Part shown: positions 1 through 12,394 of the stretch, in pieces
How the letters are laid out: each line of letters starts with the position of its first letter
Numbering within the stretch: position 1 is the first letter of the stretch
Origin: an uncultured Planctomycetota bacterium
GTDB taxonomy: Bacteria; Planctomycetota; Planctomycetia; Isosphaerales; Isosphaeraceae
Reading direction: 5' to 3'
Assembly: GCA_963720335.1 (NCBI GenBank)
Contig: CAVRFS010000088.1
Location: 4,297-68,296 of the forward strand
DNA: 64,000 nt
Position numbers and translations under genes: made by a program
The notes under the pieces: model-generated
What the model saw: only the letters and a program-made list of their open reading frames with translations
Database searches by the model: none
What the model was told of the DNA's origin: nothing

Positions 1-3000
1 GTGGGTTTATCGCTCCGATGGTGTTGTTCGTGGCGCCCTGCTCGATCAGCACCCCGATTCCTCCGGACGAACCGGCGCCTAAAATCTGATTTCCCAACAC
101 TTGATTCTGCGAGGTTCCCATGCCGGCGATGTCGATGCCGGTTGCGACATTGCCGGAGATGGTGTTTCCCTGACTGGCGGACCCGCCGCCGATCGTGTTT
201 TGGGACGAGCTTTGATCGATCTGAACCCCGATGTTGTTTCCCGAGATGACGTTACCGTCCCCGGGACCACCTCCGCCGATCACGTTGAGACTCGAGCTCT
301 GTTCGATCAGGACGCCGGTGCCGTTTGCCAGAGCGTGAGTGCCGCTTGGTCCCGAACCGATGAGATTTCCCACAACCGTATTGGACACGGCGTCGGCGAT
401 GTCGATACCGGCGGCAGTGTTGCCCGAAATGGTGTTGCCAGCGATGAAGTTCTGAGTGCTTTGTTCGATCAGCAATCCGATGCGGTTGCCGATGGCTTTG
501 GTCCCCGCAGGGTTCGTTCCGACCTGATTGACAACGATGGAATTACCGGTTGTGCTCGCGCCGGCGATTTCGATCCCGGCATCCGAATTCCCGGAAAAGA
601 CGTTCGAGGAAACCATCACACCCGATGCACCGAACTCGATGAGCAGCCCGATGCGATTGCCGATCGCTGTCTGGCCGGTGGAGTCGGTGCCGACGAGATT
701 GCCGCCCAAGGAGTTCAGTCCGGTCTCAGATCCGGAAATGTCGATACCGGTACTCAGGTTGCCCGAGATGACATTGCTCTCTCCCGTCCCGCCCCCGATA
801 AAGTTGTTGTTCGCTTGCTGAATAAGCACTCCGATGAGGTTGCCGACAGCGCTCTCTCCTGCCGCATTGGTGCCGATGAAATCTCCCACGACGGAGTTAT
901 AGCCGGGGCCGGATTCGAGGTCGACACCCGCGAGGCGGTTGGCCGAGATGACGTTGCTGGCGCCGATGGTATTGAATCGCGCATCCTGCTCGATCAGCAC
1001 GCCCGTGCCGTTGCCAAGAGGGCCCGAACCTGAGATGTTCGTGCCGATGTAATTTCCACTGACCACATTGGCGTCCGAACCGATGATGGTTCCCGCACCA
1101 GAGATATCAACGCCGGCAACCTGGTTGCCCGAGATCACGTTACCGGCGCCGATGAAATTCCCCGACGCACCTTGCTGGATCAACACGCCGGTGCCGTTGC
1201 CAACAAGGCTCGAACTCGAGCTGTTCGTGCCGATGTCATTACCAGTGACCAGATTGCCGGCAGTGTACATTCCAGAGATATCGACGCCGGCAACCCGGTT
1301 GCCCGAGATCACATTGGCTGACGCCACGAGGGTCCCGCCGATCGTATTGCTGGCGGCACTGAGAACGATCAACACGCCGGTGCCGTTGCTAATGGGGAGG
1401 GAACCAGTGAGATCCGTGCCGATGAGATTGCCCAATACAAAGTTCGATGAACCGCCCGCGATGTCAACACCAGCGACCTGGTTACCCGATATGACGTTGC
1501 CCGCACCGGTGATCGATCCGCCGATTGTGTTGTTGGACGCACCGCTTTCGATCCGCACGCCGATGCCGTTGGCGAAAGCGGTTAGACCAGTCGGGTCCGT
1601 GCCGATGTCGTTGCCCAAGACAAGGATCGAAGTCCCGAAGATGTCGACGCCCGTGATCTGGTTACCCGAGATCAAGTTGCCCGCCCCGACGGCCGTCCCG
1701 CCGATCGTGTTGCCCGTGACGCCCGACTCGATCAGTACGCCCGTGCCGTCACTGAGGGCCGTTTTGCCGGAGGCGTCTATGCCGATATCGTTGCCAGATA
1801 CCAGGTTGGAGCTGGTCGCCGCTCCCTGGAAATCGATCCCGGCTGAATCGTTGCCCGAGATCACGTTTCGCGCCGCGGGGACTGAGCCGCCGATCGTGTT
1901 GTAGACAGAGCCGTTTTCGATCACAACACCCGTTCCGTTGCCGAGCGGTTTTGTGCCGGAAACGTCCGTTCCGATAAAATTCCCGGAAATAAGGTTGCCC
2001 TGCGCCACGCCCGAGCTATCGATCCCACCAGCCGCCATTGAGGTCGATCCCAGACTCCGTGTTGCCCGAGATGATATTCCCGGCTATTGCCCCGCCAATC
2101 GTGGCCCCGGAGGCTTGCGTATCAATGAGCACCCCGACCGAGTTCGCCAGAGGCTGGGATCCATTCGGGTTCGTACCAATGAAGTTGCCCACGATGAGGA
2201 AGGCCGAAACCTGTTCTCCGTCATGCAAAGCGCTATCCCTGATGCCAACCTGATTACCTGAGATCAGATTCCCGGCGCCGGAGGCGGTTCCACCGATGGT
2301 GATACCGCTCTCTATGTCGTCAGGGTTTGGGGGACCGCCAAGATCGGCAAAAAAGAAACTGGGATCGAATGAACCAATGCCGATGGCGTTTCCGAGAGAC
2401 TTGGTTCCTGAAACGTCCGTGCCGATATAGTTGCCGATGACAAGGTTGTTGAACGGCGTCAGGTTTTCGATGCCCGCTGATGTGTTGCCCGAGATGATGT
2501 TACCGGCCGTAAGCGTCAGGGTGCCGTCGGTGACCTGGCCGACGCCGCCAATCGTGTTTGAACCGCCCTTGAGTATCACCCCGTAGCCATTGCCGACGGA
2601 TGTCTTACCACTGACGTCCGTGCCGATGTAGTCGCCCACGACCAGATTTCCACTGCCGTCGAGCTGGATTCCCGTAAGATTTCCCGAGATGAGATTCATC
2701 GGGCCGTTCACGGGTCCGCCGATGGTCTGGCTGGTGCCGCCAATGGTGTTGTTGTCACCCTCGGCCTGCACGCCAATGTAGTTTCCGATGCCGGCCTCCC
2801 CGGAGAGGTCGGTACCGAGATAATTGCCCTGGACGACGTTCCCATTGGACAGGAGGTCAATCGCCTGCGCCTCGCGGTAACTCGTCAGGGACTGGAGTCT
2901 TTGAGGCAAAGCCGTATATGTCAAGTCCCTCGATCGTGCTGCCTCCGGAACCAGCGGCGAGAACCAGACCGTCGCCACTAAATCCAAACATCGAGTCGGT

Positions 3001-5455
3001 TAAAAAGTTATGTGTTCGACCATCGATCGCGATGATCGGTGAGCCCGCGTATCCCGGCTGGCTGGTGCCGTCCAGAACCACCGGTGTCGTGATCTCAGGC
3101 AAGAGACCCAGCAGCGTGATGGTGAACGGACCTGTGCCAGGGATATTGAAAAGGATCTGGTTCTGTGTTCCCGGGGCGGGCGGGTTATCGTTCGCGTTGC
3201 TGATCGCCTGTCGCAAGGATCCCTTGGGAGGATTGGTATCGTCTCCGTTGTCGGCTGTCGTGGTCACCACGAATAGGTGACTGCCTACCATCGCGCTGGT
3301 AGCGAACTCTGACGTGTCTCCGGCCGATGAGGTTGCCGTTGCCGTGACAACCTGGCTCAAGCCCACCGAGATTGGCAAGAACGCGCTGAAGGTCGCGTCC
3401 CCCGAGCCATCCGTCGTGATCGAGTATGCCGCCAGGTACACATGTGCCTGGCCCGGGACTGCCGGATCTCCCGTGGCACTGGCGTAGAAGTCGATCGTGA
3501 ACGTCGCGCCGGCGGCAAAGCCCGTGACCGTCCCCTGGATTTGCATGCTCCCCGCGTCCGGGTTGGAGTTGACGATGGTGAGCGTGGGTGCGGGCTGGCT
3601 GTCGTTGGCGTCGTTGCCGGCATTCAGGACGATCCCGGCGCCGTTTGCGAATATGAAATTGCCCCTCATCAGATTGCCGGTCCCCGAGTCCACATCAACT
3701 CCCGCGCCGGTGTTGAAGGCGATGTCGTTGGCCTCCGTGGCCGTGATTCCCCCGATCGCGTTGTTCGAGCTGCTGTTGTCGATCAGTACACCCTGAGATC
3801 GCCTGGCCCGGCTATCGTGCCGGTGATGTCGGTTCCCAGATAACAGTTCTGGACGAAGTTACCACTCGACTCGATATGAATGCCGGCGCCGTTGCTGAAG
3901 CCGAGGATGTCCAGTCCCTTGATCGTGCTGCCCCCGGAGCCGGCGCCGAGAACCAGACCGTCGCCCAGGCTTGGTTGGCCTACAATCTGGATGATCGGCG
4001 TGGCCGCATAGCCCGGCTGGCTTGAACCATCCAGGAAAACCGGGCTGGTGATCGGCGGCAGCGCCGCGGCCAGGGTAATCGCCAGCGGAGCGGCACGGGA
4101 ATATTGAATGCGATCGGCTCCGGTGTCACGCCGGGCGTCGCATCGGTTTCGAGAATGGCCTGACGCAGAGATCCAGGGGTGGGTTGGTTATTGTCGCCGT
4201 TGTCGGCGGTTGTCGTTACCAGTAACGAGCTGGTCACGGGCACGGCCGCGGCAAACGAGGAGGTCCCAGTTAAGATGCCATTGAAAGTGGTCTCCGTCGC
4301 CGTGACCGTCTGGCCGATGGCCAGAGTGACGGGCAATGAAATACTGAACGATCCAATGTCGGTGACCGTCGTCGCTCCTAGATAAACGTGCGCCTGGCCT
4401 TCACCAGGTGGGTCCCCCGGGGCGTTGGAGAAAAACTCGATCGTGGACCCCGCATCGCCAGACCCCTGTATCTGCGTGCTGCCAGCGCCGGCGCTGGAAC
4501 CGGCCGCCTCGAGCATGGGCGCCTATAAGCACTATTAATGCCGCTGCCGTTGGCGAAGATCGAGTTCTGCTGAATAAATGCGTCTTCCGCGTTCACCGCG
4601 GCGCCGCCGTTGAAGGCGATGATGTTCCCGGCTCCGGCGACAGTCCCACCGATCGTGTCCTCTGACGGGTACCCAATGTCCATCACCCCGTCAGTCGCGT
4701 TGGGAAGGGCTTTCTTCCCGGTGACGTCCGTGCCAATGTAATTGCCGAGGATGACATTATCCGCCGGCACGTGCGTAAGGACCAGTCCCGGCGTTTGTGA
4801 TCTGGATACCCAACTGGTTCCCTGAGATGAGGTTGCGATCGGCGGTCACAGTGCCGCCGATGGTCGTGTCCGACACGTTGATCGGCTCGGAGAATTCATC
4901 CCCATTGCGATAGGCACGCCATCCCAGTCCAATTGGGCTGGGCAATCGTTCCCGTCACGTCGGTTCCCAGGTAATTGCCTTGAACGAGGTCATTGCTCGA
5001 CTCGATATGAATTCCGGAGCCGCCGCTACCGCTGAATCCGTAGATGTCCAGTCCTTTGATCGTGCTGCCGTCCGAGCCAATCGCAAGGTCCAGGCCATCG
5101 CCCGTTGGATTGTTCTGGCCATCAATTTGGATGAGCGGCGCGGGGTTATTGAGGTCGAAGCCAGGCTGGCTGTGCCGTCGATGAAGACGGGGTTGGTGAT
5201 TGACGGCAGTGGGCCGCTCGTCGGTGTGATGATGAACGGACCGGTTCCTGGAATATTGAAGTCGATGGTGTCGTAGGTGCCATTGTCGACTTGATTGATC
5301 GCGTCACGAAGCGAGCCCAATCCGCCATCAAGGGTGTTCACAACCCTGTAGACCGAAAGGAGCATCCGCGGCTCGATCCGCTCGATTTCCGGCCAATAGT
5401 TCCGTCGTCGTGCCCTCGCGCGAAGTCCAGGACGGACGGACCTTCGGTGTTTCAT
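1..5455 (-). CDS. Giant secreted parallel beta-helix repeat protein (adhesin-like). The 3' end runs off the window, and it is readable only as at least 7 frame segments.
   Basis: ATG at 5453-5455 gives MKHRRSVRPGLRARARRR..IEPRMLLS. Three super-modules start with VVTTTADNGD..GSLRQAI..FNIPGTGPF..LP.IT.PV.DG (ORFs 4955-5545, 3980-4516, 2857-3693). Each is followed by many GN.ISGN / GN.IGTD.SG turns (ORF 2016-2987). My manual reverse translation of 1-2040 continues the same repeat (..IGVLIEQGATNNTIGA.. at 1-60). That stretch has no stop inside the window, so it is absent from the ORF track. Frame changes lie near 4950, 4760, 4500, 3980, 3690, 2900 and 2035. Confidence 0.75.
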
Positions 5456-5937
5456 GGCTGAGTCTCTTCGATGCGATCTGCTCGCGAAAAAAAAACGCAT
5501 GGTTACGCAAACCCAGTATACCGCAACGTCGATGACAGCATCCATGCATGCGCTGAGTTTTCTTGCTGGTGGTTCTCGTTCCGCGACGGCACTCGTTCGT
5601 GACGATCATGAAGTCATGACCGAAGAGTCCGGGAATTCGTTGACGCCCTGCAACTCAGCCCGGAGAGCGATCGCAGGACCGACAGCCAGTAGCACCACAA
5701 ACGGGCATGACGCATTCTTCACGGAAAAACTGTCAAACTCTCAATTATAACTGAGACCTCGATGTCTCGGCGGGAAACCGAATGAGCCGGCGAGCGGCTG
5801 GATCGGATCAATCGATCGTCTCTCGATGGACCTCGCGCCGGAGTTACGCTCCAATGCGTCCCCCGTTGCGAAGGGGGCAATAGTGTTCGGCCCGAGTTTT
5901 GCTTTGGCCTGTGATCCATCGGTCGTTGATAGTGTGG

Positions 5938-5999
5938 GGCGGGTTTCCCAACCCGCCTGAATGCTTCAAGGAGGGTACCAGCGGGTTAGGAAACCCGCT
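5938..5999. repeat. Two related perfect 8-bp-stem palindromes (GGCGGGTT-tccc-AACCCGCC and AGCGGGTT-agga-AACCCGCT)
   Basis: Read directly at 5938-5957 and 5980-5999, downstream of the minus-strand gene ending at 6250. There is no flanking T/A run. Confidence 0.5.
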
Positions 6000-6249
6000 T
6001 CCACGGCTTGTTGCTATCCACGACCACGGACGAGAGGTTAACCAAATCTCATGCCAATTCCGTGCGAATCAACCGTAATAGGGGACATCTCGTCGTCCCC
6101 CGGAGGCGGCGCAATGGTCGGACTCGAAGTCGCCGTTCGCGGATTCGTATGGGACGGGGCTCACCGAGAGATGATGATGGCCCGACGCCGAACACGTTAG
6201 ACCGAGCCGGCGAACCGCATCCCACCACGAACTTCCGCCAGCGCGATGA

Positions 6250-7005
6250 TCACTCCGGCTCGGAAAAGGTCTTGGAATCGACCTTGTCCAGGACCTTGAA
6301 CTCGGTGATCTCGGATTTGATAAAACTCTCGCCGTCGCGTTTGGCCTCGGCCTTTGTGGCCTTCTTGATCCCGTCGAATTCCTTGTAGTCTGAGTAGGTC
6401 GTCTCCTGAGTGTATTCGTCGCCCTGGAAACCGACGACCTTGGCAACCGACTTAACTGGAAGGCCGCTTTCCTTGTCGAAATAGAGTGTGAAATCTTTGC
6501 CATCGGGTCCCGTGACCTTGATGCCCGCAGCCGGCTTCTCGCCGACCTTCTCGTCGGCGACGACCTCAAGTTTGAAGTCCTTTCCCTTCAAAGGGACGAG
6601 CAAGCTCGGGATGACCTGGAGATAAACGCGACGCTTCTCATTGGCGAGATCATCCCCTTCCAAGTCCGACTTGTTGTCGCCGAACCTGCGCCAGCCCTTA
6701 TTGCCGCTGAAAACGGTCACGCCCTTGAACGGGTTGCCGCCGAACTCACCCTCGATGTCTGACCGGTAGTGATCGAGACCCTCGACCGTCGCCGAACTGG
6801 TGAGTTCATTGCTATTGCCGTTAAAGGTTATGGTGAGCTTGGTCTTCCAGGAGATCGCGCCGACCTTCTTGAGTTTTTCCTCGCCGCCCAGGGCCTTGAT
6901 TGCCTTGTCCAGGATGGCTGTCGGGGCCTTGTCATCAGCCCGAACCAAACCGCGAGTGGCTGTCAGGAACGCGATTGCGAGCGCCGCGAAAAGGTACCGT
7001 TTCAT
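6250..7005 (-). CDS. Secreted hypothetical protein
   Basis: ORF 6250-7065. The internal start MKRYLFAALAIAFLTATRGLVRADD is a signal peptide. The frame is uninterrupted and Lys/Glu-rich. A LolA-like fold is only a guess. Confidence 0.6.
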   Translation of the reverse strand: MKRYLFAALAIAFLTATRGLVRADDKAPTAILDKAIKALGGEEKLKKVGAISWKTKLTITFNGNSNELTSSATVEGLDHYRSDIEGEFGGNPFKGVTVFSGNKGWRRFGDNKSDLEGDDLANEKRRVYLQVIPSLLVPLKGKDFKLEVVADEKVGEKPAAGIKVTGPDGKDFTLYFDKESGLPVKSVAKVVGFQGDEYTQETTYSDYKEFDGIKKATKAEAKRDGESFIKSEITEFKVLDKVDSKTFSEPE

Positions 7006-7121
7006 GAAGTTCGCCTCGATAGGAGAGTGGAAAACGCGCGACGTGAACAATCCGCGTCGCGCCAAAACGAGCCGTCGCTACTGCGGCGGCGAGAACCGAC
7101 CATCCTACGCCAAGCGAGGCG

Positions 7122-7317
7122 TCAGCGACAGGGAGTGTCGCGAAGGTCGTGATCCATCGCGTGGCGCAGGCGTGCGACGATCGCAGCCACTTCGTCCACG
7201 CGACACCGCCTTGCTCGGCTCACCCGTTGTCCAATCGTCGCTAACCGAAAAACCCTCAAAATCAGACAAAACCTCGCAGACGATAAAGTCGATAAGATTT
7301 CCATACTCCAAACTCAT
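7122..7317 (-). CDS. Possible small ORF upstream of 6250-7005
   Basis: MSLEYGNLIDFIVCEVLSDFEGF.. (ORF 7105-7317) appears to continue in the frame of ORF 7122-7304. The patch has locally lower GC. No recognisable family. Confidence 0.2.
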
Positions 7318-7413
7318 CTATCTCATAGCCGTTCGCGAACCGACGGTCCGTGGTGGGAAAACAACCCAACTCGTGACCAGGATCAGGCCGAATCTCAGAA
7401 CATCGAGGGGCGT

Positions 7414-9130
7414 ATGACGAGGCTAGGGGTGAGAGTGAATTCCAGCTTATTCGCTACATGTCTTCTCCTGCTATCGACTTGCAGTCAGACATTGGGCGAT
7501 GAGCCGTCGACAACTCTCCAATCCGGCGTCGAACGTCCTCGGGATTCAGCGCGCGGATTCGTAATTGGTGGGTGCATCGCACGCGGCCAAGAGTCCACCC
7601 AACCGAGTCCCGCGCCAGCGAATCGCGATTCTGCATCCACAGATCCGGTCATAGTCCAACTCCCACCGTTGCCGGCCGATCCCACGTCGACTCAGGATGG
7701 CGGAACGAGCGGAATGCGGTCTTTGATCAGGCGACGATGCCCGGTGAGCTATTCCGTACCCGCTCAACTTGGAGAGCCTGGCGAAGACTCGGCTCTCGCG
7801 CAGGCGGCGCCCCAACCGCCCGGCTCAACAACACCTCGCGTTCCACCCGCTTCGTCGGGCGTTCCGGCCCAAGGCACAACCGCCCCCCGTCCCGCGCGGC
7901 CATCGGCACCCACAGCTCCAGCCGCCGGCACCGCCGTATTGCCACCCTTGCCGCCCCTCCCGGGGGCAACCGCCGCTCCGGGAACGACCGGCTTTGCCCG
8001 GTTCGCCGCCGGCTCAACCGGGTCTCGCCGCGGCGGCTCAGCCACAACCCGATGGCGCCGGGGCAACTCCCCGGCCGGGACGGAGACAGATCGTCGAAGA
8101 CCTCGGCGACGTGCGGACCTTTGAGCCACCACCCCAGCTCGGTGATATGTCTCCATTGACGGTGTTCCAGCCGCTCCGGGCCGTCCATCAGGCGACTCTC
8201 CCGCAGCCGTTTCCTCCCAAGCCGCTGCCCAGGCCGCCCAGCCCCAAGCAAGCCACGTCGCTTGCCCCCTCGACCCGTGCCTTCAAGATCGCCGATAATC
8301 AGTCACCGATGCCACAGGATCGCTTCTATTTCACGTTCAACTACTTCAGCAATCTCAACAGTGTCTTGGACCGGCGGTTCCAGTCTTCGGTCGACGAACT
8401 CCGGGCGTACCGTTATATCTTCGGCCTCGAGAAGACGTTCGACGAAGGTCGCGGCTCGATCGGCATCCAACTGCCACTGGACAGCCTCACAGCCGAGTCC
8501 GCCATCAGCGGGAATTTCGCCAAGCAGGGAGGCCCCAGCACGTCGCTCAATGATTTGACGGTTTTTTCCAAGTACGTCCTCAAATACAACCCCGAGACCG
8601 GCAGCCTGATCTCGGCCGGGCTGGCGGTGACACCGGCCACCGGTCCCAACACGTTCGCCGGAGCGAAATACCTCAACGGCATCAACGACACCACGGTCCA
8701 ACCCTTCATCGGCTATATCTGGCGGCGCGACCGATTCTTTCTCCACGGCTTCGTGGCGCTCGATGTCCCCACCAGCGTTCGCGACGTCACGATGGTCTAC
8801 AACGACGTCGGCATCGGCTATTACCTCTATCGCAACCCCGACCCGGATGGGTTCTTGACGGCCTTGGTGCCCACGTTCGAGGTCCACGTCAACGACCCGC
8901 TGACCCACCGCGACTATAACAGTCCGCTCGATATTTCCGGCACAGCCGACGTGGTGAACCTGACGTACGGCCTGAACGCGATGATCGGCCAGAGCTCCGT
9001 GTTCACGGTCGGAGTCGTGACCCCCGTGACCGGTCCGCGCCCGTTCGATTATGAGATCATCGGCCTGCTCAACTTCCGCTTCGGCCGGACGCGCCGACCG
9101 CCGGCGCCATTGCCGATGCTCGGTGGCTAA
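7414..9130 (+). CDS. Putative outer-membrane beta-barrel protein with signal peptide and Pro-rich linker
   Basis: ORF 7414-8124 starts MTRLGVRVNSSLFATCLLLLSTC and becomes Pro/Ala-rich. ORF 7769-9130 carries an alternating beta-strand-like C-terminal domain (FKIADNQSPMPQDRFYFTFNYFSN ... LLNFRFG). The frame junction lies somewhere around 7800-8100. Confidence 0.55.
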
Positions 9131-9387
9131 CGGGCTGAGAGAATCGCTTCGAGCGATTCTCCGACGCACTTGTTTACAATGAACCGCCGCACGGCTGACA
9201 AGGTCGCCGGCCAGAGCCGGCTCGTACAGGAATTGGAGGAGGGAGCGCCGACTCCCGATGCCGGTTGTCGCCTTGTGTTGCGCCGTTACTTATTTACCCT
9301 CGTGCCACAAGCCGTTACCATGCTCGGCATGATCGCGTCTTCATCCGCGCTGAATCGGCGCGAGACGCGAAACGCCGGCGAGTAACA

Positions 9388-11442
9388 ATGGACCGCGTCA
9401 TGCTTATCCAACCACCCGCTTCGCTGGTCCAGTATTTGACAGAAGGCCGTTGTGTTCTCTTCGTGGGTGCTGGCCTCTCGGCCTCGGCCGGCTTGCCCGG
9501 CTGGGGCGATCTCCTGAAGGGGATGCTCGAGGTCATTCGCGGCGATGACCCGACGCGGTCCGACTTGGATGAGCTTCAACGACTGTTCGATTTGGGCCGT
9601 TTCCTCCAGGTTGCCGACTACTGCAAGGACCGACTCGGCAAGACTCGGTACCAAGAGTACCTCGCGGAACGACTTCAACCCACGTCGACCGAAACCCCCG
9701 AGGCACATCAGCACATCTCACGCTTGCCCTTCCGTGCGATCGTCACGACCAACTACGATTCTCTCTTGGAGGACTCATACTTCTTCGAGACCCGACGCCG
9801 GCCGAAGGCGCCCACCCACGTCGACAAAGACGTCCTGGGCACACTCCTCTTCGATCGAGCTTTCTTCATCCTCAAAGCGCACGGCGATATCAACCGTCCC
9901 GCGACGGTCGTCCTGACCGCCCGCGATTATCGCGAGATCATTCACCAAAACCCGGCGTTCAATGCCATGTTTTCGGCGCTCTTGATGACGAATGCGGTCT
10001 TGTTCCTCGGCTACTCGTTGGGCGACCCTGACCTCAACCTGCTTCTCGACAGCCAGCTTTCCGCGTTCAGCGACCGGGTCCCACCCCGGTACGCGCTGAT
10101 GATGGACGTCGGCGAGGTTCAGAGGACCGTGATGAAGCAGTCGGCCGGGATCGATGTCCAATCGTTCCCCAAGGGAGAATATGATTCCGTGCCAAAATAC
10201 CTGGCAGCGCTCGTTGAGGCGGTGCGGAAGCGGAAAGCTCCGGATCAGCCTGCCTCGCGGGGTGGTATCCCCACGAAAACAGATACCGACACCAGGGGTC
10301 TGGAAAGCGCGTCATCGTCATCGATCCAAGACTCCGGGGCGGTTTCGTTCTCGATTCCGGTCGCGCTCAACATCGTCGAATTGTTCTTGCGTCTTCGCGG
10401 ACGCGAACTTGAAGCTCGAGTTACATCGCCCGACGGGAGTGTTGTCGCACAGGGGCGTGGGCGATTCCCGGACCGGGCAGAGCTGGAGTCGTTATTCTGC
10501 CACCTCACAAAGTCGTTTCAGTGGGATGAGGATCTCGCCAAGCGGGCGGGAAAAGCCCTTGCGAGCTGCTTGCCGCCGGACGTCGTGAGGCGCTCGAGGG
10601 CGTGTTCGATGAGAACGGTCATCACCCTTCAGCTCTCGACGGAAACCGAAAGCATCCCGTGGGAGTGGATGGAGGTCGGGGGCCAATATCTGTTCTCCCG
10701 ATTCCCGGTGGCGCGTGCACCGGTCGGAATCGCTGACGCGGCACGCGGCTATCCCCAGTTCGATCAGACCTGCGTGTCTTGCTGATCGGCGTTCCGCAGG
10801 GCACGATGCCGGGAGTGGAGAAGGAAGTGACCGCGATCGCCGCGGCATACCGCCGCCGCCACTCCACCAAATGCGACGTGCTGTTTGGCTCGGAAGCGAC
10901 GTTCAGGCGGTTGTGTCACACCTGGACGGCGGGGACTACGACATTATCCATTTCGCCGGCCATGCCTGGTACGATCGTCAGAGAAGCGTACTTGATGGTA
11001 GACGATCGGGCAGTGATCCGGGCCAACGAGCTGCGTTCGTTCCTTGGGGATCACCCACCGGCGATCATGGTTCTCAACTCCCTTTTCACGGCGTTTGTGC
11101 CGTCCGGCGCCCACGACGTGGATATCGACCCACTCACATGCGCCCTCACGCCGCAGGGGTTCGCTCCGGGGCCCGAATCTAGAGGCCAGCCTGGATTCAC
11201 AGGCATGACCTCGGCTGTCGGCGTGGGAGCGCTGGTCGGGTGCTTCGGGTCACCCAGTGACGACATGGGTGAGGAAATTGGCATGAGGTTCCACGAAGAA
11301 CTGATCGCCGGACAGCCGATTGCCCTCGCGTTGCACCGAGCGCGGCTCTCGGCCCCGCAGCAACGATCGAACGGACCGCTCGGCCCTCGTCTACACGCTC
11401 AGCGGATACCCCGAGCTGGCTTTGCCTTCGGTCGGTCATTAG
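9388..11442 (+). CDS. SIR2-like (SIR2_2-type) domain fused to a CHAT (caspase-like) domain
   Basis: From ATG 9388: CVLFVGAGLSASAGLPGWGDLL, TTNYDSLLE, ILKAHGDINRP, LFLGYSLGDPDL (SIR2_2-like). CHAT part: IPWEWMEV, LLIGVP..GVEKEV, DIIHFAGHAWYD (about 10943-10975, frame of ORF 10715-11182), and GVGALVGCFGSPSDDMGEEIGMRFHEELIAGQPIALALHRAR. A manually found alternative frame ends ALVYTLSGYPELALPSVGH* at 11440-11442. At least 3 frame switches. Confidence 0.7.
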
Positions 11443-11564
11443 GCTACAGCGGTTTGCTTACGCAAAGGATACAGCTCGGCCTGAACCGTCCGAAAAGTAT
11501 GCCGACGCGCGCGAGGGCAAAGCCGTCGCCAGCGAAGCCGCGGGCTGCATGCGGTATCGGGCGC

Positions 11565-12369
11565 TCACTCCGACCTGAATTCTTGATAACGCTCGGGTGC
11601 GAATCGGGCGGCCAACAAACCGGTTGCTTCTTCGATTTTAATGGCCTGCACGAGTACACCCTCCTGCCCATACGGTAAGTACGCCTGGCACCGGCCTGAC
11701 GGGTCTATGAGACTCGTCGCCGATTCTTGGAAACGCAACGCATAATTGACACTGGCAAAGTAAATCGTGTTCTCCAGGCCGCGACACATCATCGCCTTCT
11801 CATAGTACGGCGCCGTCGGCCGCGCCCCATTGTGTGAGACGGACACCTTCTTGATCACTCCCCGTGTGGTGGGGATGAAACACGATTTTGGCGCCGCGCA
11901 CCGCCGCCCACCGAACCGTCTCGGGATAGCGCCAGCCCTCGTGGCAAATCGCCACGCCAAACTTGACCCCGTTGATCTCGAAGAGTCGCCGGGTATCTCC
12001 GGGCACATAAAACGGATCTTCGGTCGGGTCTAATTGGTTTTTGGTTTGGTATCCCTGAATCTGGCCAAAGGCGTCAATGACATAGGCGGCAATCTGCCGG
12101 CCCGCCTCCGTGAGCCTTTCCATGCCGAGGATTGTGCCCACCGCATAAGTTCGAGCCCACTGCGCCACCGCCTGGAGGACCCGTCCATGATCCGATTGAC
12201 CAAAGGGCAACACGTCAATACCCACTCCCCGCAAACCAGGGAGATAGGCTTCCGGAAAACAGACGATTTCCGCGCCTTGGGCCGAAGCTTCGGACAGGAA
12301 CCGCTTGATTTTGTCCAAACCGTCATCAAGGGACAAGGCGACACTCGGCGAGGCCAGGGCGATGATCAT
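11565..12369 (-). CDS. Carbon-nitrogen hydrolase (nitrilase superfamily)
   Basis: ORF 11800-12369 carries VCFPEAYLPG (Glu) and GVAICHEGWRYPE (Cys). The C-terminal part continues in ORF 11565-12008 (..NTIYFASVNYA..). One frame switch near 11850-12000. Confidence 0.75.
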
Positions 12370-12394
12370 GGATGACCTCCGATCAGAATGGATA

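Noticed and set aside
101-1904. Long plus-strand ORFs (101-1033, 310 aa; 1068-1904, 278 aa)
   Set aside because: They are antisense shadows of the minus-strand beta-helix repeats. The minus strand translates to the canonical GN.I.GN/IGTD pattern, whereas the plus-strand products are low-complexity with no motif.
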